IMG/VR virus record: IMGVR_UViG_3300045988_155579
Reading direction: 5' to 3' (one strand)
Source: a virus
Length of the DNA: 50,023 bases
The translations under genes were made by a program, and so were the position numbers. Below, piece by piece: positions 23,142 to 28,747 of the stretch. The stretch's first letter is position 1; each line of letters opens with the position of its first letter. The notes under the pieces are model-generated. The model had not been told where the DNA came from. It did not search any database and worked only from the letters and a program-made list of their open reading frames with translations.

Positions 23142-24143
23142 ATGAGCAACGATTTTCGTTTTCTGATGTATCAATCCGCCGAAGAAAATGTGAGTATCAA
23201 CGCCATCATCAAAGACGAAACAATTTGGCTTTCTCAGAAAGGCATGGCCGAGCTGTTCGGCTGTTCGACAGACAACATTTCCCTCCACCTAAAAAATATC
23301 TTTTCCGACGGCGAATTGACGAAAGATTCAGTTTCCGAGAAAATCTCGGTAACTGCCGCAGATGGTAAAAATTATCCTACTCAGTTCTACAATCTGGACG
23401 CGATTATCTCCGTCGGCTACCGCGTCAACTCCCGCCGCGCGACGCACTTCCGCATCTGGGCAACCAGCGTCTTGAAGGAATACATGACCAAGGGCTTCGC
23501 ACTGGATGACGAGCGCCTCAAGCAGGGAACGGCCGCGTTTGGCCACGACTATTTCCGCGAGCTGCTTGAGCGCGTCCGCTCGATCCGCGCCAGCGAACGT
23601 CGCATCTGGCAGCAGGTGACGGATATCTTCGCGGAGTGCAGCATCGACTACGATAAAAACGCCGCCGTTGCCCATGACTTCTACGCCATGATTCAGAATA
23701 AATTCCACTATGCCATCACGGGGCAAACCGCCGCTGAAATCATCTATGACCGTGCCGACCGCACCAAAGATCACATGGGGCTGACCACATGGAAAAACGC
23801 CCCGGATGGCCGTATTCTCAAATCGGATGTTTCCATCGCCAAGAATTATCTGGATGCGAAGCAGATTCGTCAGCTTGAGCGCACCGTCTCCAGCTATTTC
23901 GATTATATCGAGGATCTGATCGAGCGCGAAAATGCCTTCACGATGGAGCAGTTCGCCTCCAGCGTCAACGAATTTCTCGCTTTCCGCCGCTATGACATTC
24001 TGCCTGATAAGGGGCGCATTTCCGCCGCGGCCGCAAAAAAGAAGGCCGAAGCGGAATACGACGCTTTCAACAAAACGCAGCGCATCGTCTCCGACTTCGA
24101 CCGTGAGGTGCAGCGCTTGATCGAATCCGAAAAGCGCAAATAA
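23142..24143 (+). CDS. RhuM-family protein
   Basis: The segments TIWLSQKGMAELFG...NISLHLKNIF, YNLDAIISVGYRVNS..ATHFRIWAT and RASERRIWQQVTDIF match my recollection of the RhuM/virulence-protein family. Confidence 0.75.
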   Translation: MSNDFRFLMYQSAEENVSINAIIKDETIWLSQKGMAELFGCSTDNISLHLKNIFSDGELTKDSVSEKISVTAADGKNYPTQFYNLDAIISVGYRVNSRRATHFRIWATSVLKEYMTKGFALDDERLKQGTAAFGHDYFRELLERVRSIRASERRIWQQVTDIFAECSIDYDKNAAVAHDFYAMIQNKFHYAITGQTAAEIIYDRADRTKDHMGLTTWKNAPDGRILKSDVSIAKNYLDAKQIRQLERTVSSYFDYIEDLIERENAFTMEQFASSVNEFLAFRRYDILPDKGRISAAAAKKKAEAEYDAFNKTQRIVSDFDREVQRLIESEKRK

Positions 24144-24165
24144 ACATGTCTACTGGTTTGCACCA

Positions 24166-24193
24166 AACGTTTTGCCGTCGTTGGCAAAACGTT
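24166..24193 (+). terminator. Perfect 11-bp stem-loop after the cargo operon (possible terminator, no clear U-tract)
   Basis: aacgttttgcc (24166-24176) pairs with ggcaaaacgtt (24183-24193), with a 6-nt loop. Confidence 0.35.
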
Positions 24194-24314
24194 CAAATCC
24201 GTCGATTTCGATGGGTTTGAAAGAAGAAAGCGCATCTTTTGTGGTGCGCAATTTTTTGACAGTTTATTAGAACATACGTTCGTATTTTGGATAGTAGGAA
24301 GGGGTTGGGTTCTC

Positions 24315-25559
24315 GTGCCAAGGCAGCACCTCAAACGCCGAAAAGATGGGCGCTTCGCATGTCGATATCAAGGAAAATGGTTTTACGGTTTGACAGAAGG
24401 TGAAGCCTTTGCCGCCCGCGATGCTTATAAGCAAATGCTGAAGCAGGGCATCCAGCGCGATGCCGATAGTATGGATGTTAGGCATTACGCTGCCTCATGG
24501 CTTCCCATTCACAAAGCCGATGTCAGCAAAAAACACTATAACGATTGCGCCCATCATATCGACATTCTTTGTGACCAAATCGGCGACATGCTCATTAAAG
24601 ACGTTAAGCCATCCGATATTAAGGCCGTCTACAGCGCACACTACCTCGGTTTGAGTGCCAGTACAATCAAACGTGCCAAATGTCTTTTTTCTGCAATCTT
24701 CGAGACAGCTATTGAAGACGGTTATGCTACCGTTAATCCTTGTCGATCAAAACATGCCAAACCGCCCAAGGGTTCATCGGGTTCTCATCGAACAATCACA
24801 GACTCTGAACGGGCTTTGATTCACGAGTGCAACCACAGTTTCCGCGCCGCCGTCTACGTCATGCTCTATGCCGGCCTGCGTCGTGGTGAAGCCCTCGCGC
24901 TCAATATTGACGAAGATGTAGATTTTGAGCATCATGTTATTCATGTTCACCATGCCATTCACTACGAAAGCAACCAGCCTATCCTCGGCGATCCTAAGAC
25001 CGAAGCAGGTGAGCGTGAAATACCGCTTCTCTCCATTCTGGAAAATGAACTTCGCGGACTACACGGCCTACTTGCCCCTGCTTGCAAAAACGGCGGTCTG
25101 ATGTCTGAAAGCGCCTTCTCCAGCGCTTGGAATTCGTACCTCGGAACAATCGAACGAAAGCTGAACGGTCACCCTAAGCGTTGGCATCATCGCGGAGCAA
25201 AAAATCGAAATCACGACCCTATCCAGCTCCGCGTTGAAGCTCTCATCAAAGCAGGAAAAACAGAAGAGGCCGAAGTCCTTCGCTTGTCCGATTGGAAAAC
25301 ACTCTCTGTTCGCCCCCATGACTTTCGCCACAGCTACTGCACCATGCTTCGCGATGCCGGAACTGATCTCAAGCTCGCAATGAAATGGATGGGTCATGCT
25401 GATGAAAAAATGATTCTGAAAATTTATGACCATGTAACGGATTTTCGCACTGAGCAGGCGCTCTCCACTCTCGAAAAAATGACCTCTGGTAGTCAAAATG
25501 GTAGTCAAACAGAAAATCGCATCAGAAACTTTCAGCAATATCAGGAAAAACTCTCCTAA
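24315..25559 (+). CDS. int: Tyrosine site-specific integrase
   Basis: Catalytic signature RRGEALAL ... HDFRHSYCT ... MGHADEKMILKIYDHV (R, HxxR, H, Y). GTG start. Confidence 0.92.
   Translation: MPRQHLKRRKDGRFACRYQGKWFYGLTEGEAFAARDAYKQMLKQGIQRDADSMDVRHYAASWLPIHKADVSKKHYNDCAHHIDILCDQIGDMLIKDVKPSDIKAVYSAHYLGLSASTIKRAKCLFSAIFETAIEDGYATVNPCRSKHAKPPKGSSGSHRTITDSERALIHECNHSFRAAVYVMLYAGLRRGEALALNIDEDVDFEHHVIHVHHAIHYESNQPILGDPKTEAGEREIPLLSILENELRGLHGLLAPACKNGGLMSESAFSSAWNSYLGTIERKLNGHPKRWHHRGAKNRNHDPIQLRVEALIKAGKTEEAEVLRLSDWKTLSVRPHDFRHSYCTMLRDAGTDLKLAMKWMGHADEKMILKIYDHVTDFRTEQALSTLEKMTSGSQNGSQTENRIRNFQQYQEKLS
25489..25509 (+). repeat. Tandem arm-type repeat gtagtcaaaatggtagtcaaa (left of the attP core, inside the int 3' end)
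   Basis: Two GTAGTCAAA units with a 12-nt period. The 21-mer recurs at 25776-25796 with one mismatch. Confidence 0.8.
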
Positions 25560-25586
25560 CCCAGCATCTCTCCGACTCTGAAGGCC

Positions 25587-25614
25587 ACAGGTTCGACTCC
25601 TGCCGGGTGCACCA
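25587..25614 (+). other. attP core candidate: 3' fragment of a tRNA gene (T-arm + acceptor 3' strand + CCA)
   Basis: acaggttcgactcctgccgggtgcacca contains the GGTTCGAnTCC T-loop pattern and ends in ..GCACCA. It lies immediately downstream of int. No D-arm or anticodon arm is present upstream. Confidence 0.6.
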
Positions 25615-25775
25615 GTTTTATCCGTTGTTTTTCATCCGGAAGACAGCGGATTTTTCTTATATATTCTTGATTTTTTCGTTTGCCATTTTGTTCTATTTCA
25701 GCACAACCCCCAGTCTTTCATTCTGGGCAAATAGGGATCGTTAGGGCGACCATAGGCAGTCTTCGACTTCTTGTT

Positions 25776-25796
25776 GTAGTCAAAACGGTAGTCAAA
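25776..25796 (+). repeat. Tandem arm-type repeat gtagtcaaaacggtagtcaaa (right of the attP core)
   Basis: Same orientation and 12-nt period as 25489-25509. It lies about 160 nt from the core. Confidence 0.8.
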
Positions 25797-25810
25797 AGAA
25801 AAAAGCCGGC

Positions 25811-26041
25811 TTATTCCCGGCTTCGATCTATGAGATCGTCGATTCGGCATCCAAGCACATCCGCCATCTTGATAAGCACATCGACTCGCGGCGAATGAAC
25901 GCCACGCTCCCATCTGCTCACATCTTTCTGGCTGCATCCTAACGCGGCTGCCATCTGTCCTTGCGTCATACCCGCCGCCATCCGTGCCCGCGCAAGCGGC
26001 GAATCATTCCCGCGCTCTCGCGGAGCTTTATGCCCTTCCAT
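25811..26041 (-). CDS. XRE-family HTH protein (76 aa)
   Basis: HTH segment MTQGQMAAALGCSQKDVSRWERG. AAGAGGAAAA RBS. Confidence 0.75.
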   Translation of the reverse strand: MEGHKAPRERGNDSPLARARMAAGMTQGQMAAALGCSQKDVSRWERGVHSPRVDVLIKMADVLGCRIDDLIDRSRE

Positions 26042-26054
26042 AGTTCTTTTCCTC

Positions 26055-26083
26055 TTGTCATTTTTTTACCGCCATGATAAAAT
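26055..26083 (+). promoter_or_regulatory. Plus-strand promoter with extended -10 (antisense orientation)
   Basis: TTGTCA (26055-26060), 17-nt spacer, TGaTAAAAT (TG at 26075-76, -10 at 26078-26083). Confidence 0.5.
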
Positions 26084-26089
26084 AAAAGG

Positions 26090-26170
26090 GAAAGAGGAAC
26101 GGCGGCGGTGTTTTCCGTTCCCCTCTCGGTCTTGAGCTTACTTCGTGCCGGAAGTAAGCTCTTTTTCTTT
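26090..26170 (+). ncRNA. Candidate ~80-nt sRNA convergent with and overlapping the 3' end of a small minus-strand ORF
   Basis: Two hairpins: ggaacgg/ccgttcc (26096-26121), and the perfect 11-bp gagcttacttc/gaagtaagctc (26134-26161) followed by TTTTTCTTT (26162-26170). Confidence 0.4.
26096..26121 (-). terminator. Possible minus-strand terminator/attenuator after the small ORF
   Basis: On the minus strand the 7-bp hairpin is followed by TCTTTCCCTTTTATTTTATC. Confidence 0.35.
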
Positions 26171-26308
26171 ACCCTGCATCCTTTCTATAAGGGCTATTGT
26201 CTTTTCAATGCTTTGAGTTTCCTGAGCGTATTCCTTGATTGCTTCGAGCACCGCCTGAAATTCTTTGTCTGTCATTCCTTCGCTGATCTCCTTATTCAAG
26301 TTTTTCAC
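26138..26308 (-). CDS. Small hydrophilic helical protein (about 46-56 aa; start uncertain, GTG 26308 or ATG 26275)
   Basis: The tracked ORF start (TTG 26386) lies inside the promoter, so the real start must be downstream. The peptide reads ...MTDKEFQAVLEAIKEYAQETQSIEKTIALIERMQGKEKELTSGTK. Confidence 0.35.
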   Translation of the reverse strand: MKNLNKEISEGMTDKEFQAVLEAIKEYAQETQSIEKTIALIERMQGKEKELTSGTK

Positions 26309-26345
26309 CGCCTTTCTGTCAGTGGCTTTCCCTCCTGACACATTT

Positions 26346-26374
26346 ATTATATACCATTTTCGGCATTTTGTAAA
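26346..26374 (-). promoter_or_regulatory. Consensus-like minus-strand promoter downstream of the lysis terminator
   Basis: Minus strand reads TTTACA (26369-26374), 17-nt spacer, TATAAT (26346-26351). Confidence 0.55.
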
Positions 26375-26406
26375 TACATTTTTCAATTATTTTCATATTT
26401 TAGAGC

Positions 26407-26439
26407 AAAAAAACGCCCCGGAGATTTCTCTCCGGGGCG
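26407..26439 (-). terminator. Strong rho-independent terminator of the late operon
   Basis: Perfect 11-bp stem cgccccggaga/tctccggggcg with a 4-nt loop, followed on the minus strand by seven T (complement of 26407-26413). Confidence 0.75.
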
Positions 26440-26443
26440 ACGC

Positions 26444-26803
26444 TCACTCAACTGCCTTATCCGTTTCAATCTGCGGAATTTCAACCGCTTCGAGCTTTGG
26501 AACTTCGCTCTGCTCCATTTCCTTGATAGCCGCATCAATATAGGCGTTCAAGCGCTCCTTGTCCAGCACAATCCCATGTGCCTTAAGAATTTCGACCGCA
26601 TAGTTGAGCTTTTCCTGTCCATAGCCGCTGCCATACAGCTTTTCAGCCGCATAAACGGCAATGTGAACCAGCTCTCGCACATGCTCCTGCTGCGCGTTGG
26701 TCAGCATCGCCTTGAAGTACGGCACAGCATACCGCGCAATAATCGCGCCAAGCAGCGTAAGCAAAACCTCGATCAAAGGGGTGATGTCAATGGTAGTCGT
26801 CAT
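26444..26803 (-). CDS. Holin, LL-H-like family
   Basis: N-terminal TM helix (PLIEVLLTLLGAIIARYAV) and a helical cytoplasmic domain typical of the LL-H family. AAGGAGGAAG RBS. Located in the lysis cassette. Confidence 0.65.
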   Translation of the reverse strand: MTTTIDITPLIEVLLTLLGAIIARYAVPYFKAMLTNAQQEHVRELVHIAVYAAEKLYGSGYGQEKLNYAVEILKAHGIVLDKERLNAYIDAAIKEMEQSEVPKLEAVEIPQIETDKAVE

Positions 26804-26820
26804 AGATGCTTCCTCCTTCA

Positions 26821-27147
26821 TTATTTGTCAATCAGATGTTCCGTGATATCATCGCGCACCTTTTTCAAGTTTTCGATGCCATTTCCCGTAATTTCGTGAT
26901 TCAACAGTGCGTTGACTCCTCTCAATGTGAGCCGCGTCATTTCTTCCTGCTCGGCGATGCGCTTATTATCTCGGTCGAGGCACTCCGCATGACGCTTGAC
27001 TTCCTTTTTCAATTCCTCTTGCGGCTTCGTCATTTCACGCACCGCTTTAATTGCACTGCTGATTAAAACGATGGTTGCCAAAATTCCCGCTAAAACTAAC
27101 ACAAAGCCGCCCCATTGATCCGGCGTCACACTTGCCAATTCCTTCAT
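26821..27147 (-). CDS. Membrane-anchored coiled-coil protein (holin-associated, BhlA-like architecture)
   Basis: One TM helix (GGFVLVLAGILATIVLISSAI) followed by a charged coiled coil. Confidence 0.5.
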   Translation of the reverse strand: MKELASVTPDQWGGFVLVLAGILATIVLISSAIKAVREMTKPQEELKKEVKRHAECLDRDNKRIAEQEEMTRLTLRGVNALLNHEITGNGIENLKKVRDDITEHLIDK

Positions 27148-27159
27148 CTTCTCCTCCCA

Positions 27160-27405
27160 TTAACCGGCGGCTCCCTTCCCATCGTCGCCTATTGTGTTTG
27201 TTTTCGTTTTCCGCGCCTCGGTCGTGTCTCCAACCGCCGACTTAAAAGCCAGCGCGACAAGTTCACCGATGATGCAGGTATACAGATACTTCGTCAGTTC
27301 ACCCGGCGGCTCAAGCCCAAGCAGATAGTAACCGACGAGTGTTGCTGCCGCATACACAATAGCCAGACCGATGCAGACGGCAACGATAATCTTGCTGTAC
27401 CGCAT
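27160..27405 (-). CDS. Small two-TM membrane protein (holin-like)
   Basis: Hydrophobic segments IIVAVCIGLAIVYAAATLVGYYLLG and YTCIIGELVALAF. The start forms an ATGA overlap with the endolysin gene. Confidence 0.5.
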   Translation of the reverse strand: MRYSKIIVAVCIGLAIVYAAATLVGYYLLGLEPPGELTKYLYTCIIGELVALAFKSAVGDTTEARKTKTNTIGDDGKGAAG

Positions 27406-28169
27406 CAGTCATCACCTGCCAATGCCGCCTGCACGATGGTCATATCACCGTCGCACACCGCCAGCCATTGTTGTCGTGTCGCGCGAATCACAATCTGCTC
27501 ATTTTCCCCTGCCTCATCCTGCGTGCCCACTTTATCGCAGTAGGCCAGCGAACACCAGCCCTGATGCCCCTTGTACGCAGCTTTGCCCCAATCTCCATCA
27601 ATCTCGGTGACGGTCAGTTTCGCACCGCAAGGCATCGTAAGCATATACGCTCCCGTCAAACTGGGGCGTTTACGTAACCGCAGACCATTTTCATAAGATA
27701 CCGTATATTCCCCAATAGAGTATTTCGCATCAATTTGAACATCTTCGTCATTCATGTACTCGTTCACCTTAATCATCCGATGCACCCCCAGCCCGTTCCA
27801 CCCCGCCTTCGCCGTCAGCGCGGTTTCGACCACGCCGCCCCGGCTCTTGCTTGAGTGGATGACCGTTCCCTGCTCCGTCACCAGCCCGGTGTGATTCACG
27901 TCGCCCGTGCCCACGCCCATGAACGCCAGCATCCCCGGCTTCGCGCCGGAAATGCCCGCCTGCTTCCACGTCAGGTCGCGGTATTTTCCGCGCTTGCTGT
28001 CGCTGTCCCACAGGGCGTTTGTGCCTGCCGTCGTGTAGCGCTTGTCGCCGCCCGGCGCTGTGCGGATGACCTTCTTGACGAGGTTGATGCAGTCCAGCTC
28101 GCTGTACGCCGTCCCGATCAGCCCCCGCGCCACGCGGATGGCTTCTTCTGCCTGAATCATCGGGTTCAC
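27405..28169 (-). CDS. Endolysin: NlpC/P60 (C40) peptidase + SH3-type cell-wall-binding domain
   Basis: Catalytic Cys context YSELDCINLV and His context VNHTGLV. The C-terminal part LRLRKRPS...GDWGKAAYKGHQGWCSLAY is SH3b-like. Confidence 0.85.
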   Translation of the reverse strand: MNPMIQAEEAIRVARGLIGTAYSELDCINLVKKVIRTAPGGDKRYTTAGTNALWDSDSKRGKYRDLTWKQAGISGAKPGMLAFMGVGTGDVNHTGLVTEQGTVIHSSKSRGGVVETALTAKAGWNGLGVHRMIKVNEYMNDEDVQIDAKYSIGEYTVSYENGLRLRKRPSLTGAYMLTMPCGAKLTVTEIDGDWGKAAYKGHQGWCSLAYCDKVGTQDEAGENEQIVIRATRQQWLAVCDGDMTIVQAALAGDD

Positions 28170-28179
28170 CCCCCTTGCG

Positions 28180-28359
28180 TCACTCCGTCACGAGGTCTTC
28201 GCAACCGCTGTCGATCAGGACTTCCCTGACCTTCTCCTTGAGCAGTCGCGGCACCTGCGCAAAAGTCTTCTTCCCAAGCATAATCTGCTGTGCCCAAATC
28301 ATAGCCATCATATCTTCTTCCTTTCCGCTCATCACGAGCAATCCAAAAATTTTAAGCAT
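28180..28359 (-). CDS. Small tail/lysis-junction protein (59 aa, XkdX-like position)
   Basis: The ATG forms an ATGCTTAA overlap with the upstream stop. The family call is tentative. Confidence 0.4.
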   Translation of the reverse strand: MLKIFGLLVMSGKEEDMMAMIWAQQIMLGKKTFAQVPRLLKEKVREVLIDSGCEDLVTE

Positions 28360-28705
28360 ATACAATCTCGCTCATCTCGAGGATGCATTGCAGTAGGGTT
28401 TCGTTCTGGTCTTCGAGCGCTTTAATGCGCTCCTCTTGCGTCGGTTGTGGCTCTCCCGGTTCCGGCACTTCCGGCTCGACGTACACACTGCCGTCGTCGG
28501 AGAGCTGCACCGCGTTGTCAAGGGTGCGGTAAACGGTCGTGTAATCGCTAAAATCGCCGAGCTGGGTCACGCCGTCCATGCGCCACGTCGTAAAGCCTGT
28601 TGTTGGAGCGTCGGCGATACCGCCAAGCTCAATAACATGCTCACTGTGCCGCGAAAACGTTACTTCCCGGATTTCGTCCGAGGCGTTTATCTTGATTTTA
28701 ATCAT
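28352..28705 (-). CDS. Hypothetical tail-associated protein (117 aa)
   Basis: ORF directly after the fibre gene. Confidence 0.55.
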   Translation of the reverse strand: MIKIKINASDEIREVTFSRHSEHVIELGGIADAPTTGFTTWRMDGVTQLGDFSDYTTVYRTLDNAVQLSDDGSVYVEPEVPEPGEPQPTQEERIKALEDQNETLLQCILEMSEIVYA

Positions 28706-28747
28706 TGCATATCCTCGTTTTCACAGTCAATTCCGTTCCTATTTGGT

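Noticed and set aside
25561-25614. A possible complete tRNA gene downstream of int.
   Set aside because: Only the T-arm, acceptor 3' strand and CCA can be folded. The upstream 30 nt do not form an anticodon or D arm, so this is an attP core fragment and not a tRNA gene.
26309-26386. The N-terminal extension of ORF 26138..26386 (TTG start).
   Set aside because: The extension lies on top of the -10/-35 boxes of the promoter that must transcribe it, so translation cannot start there.
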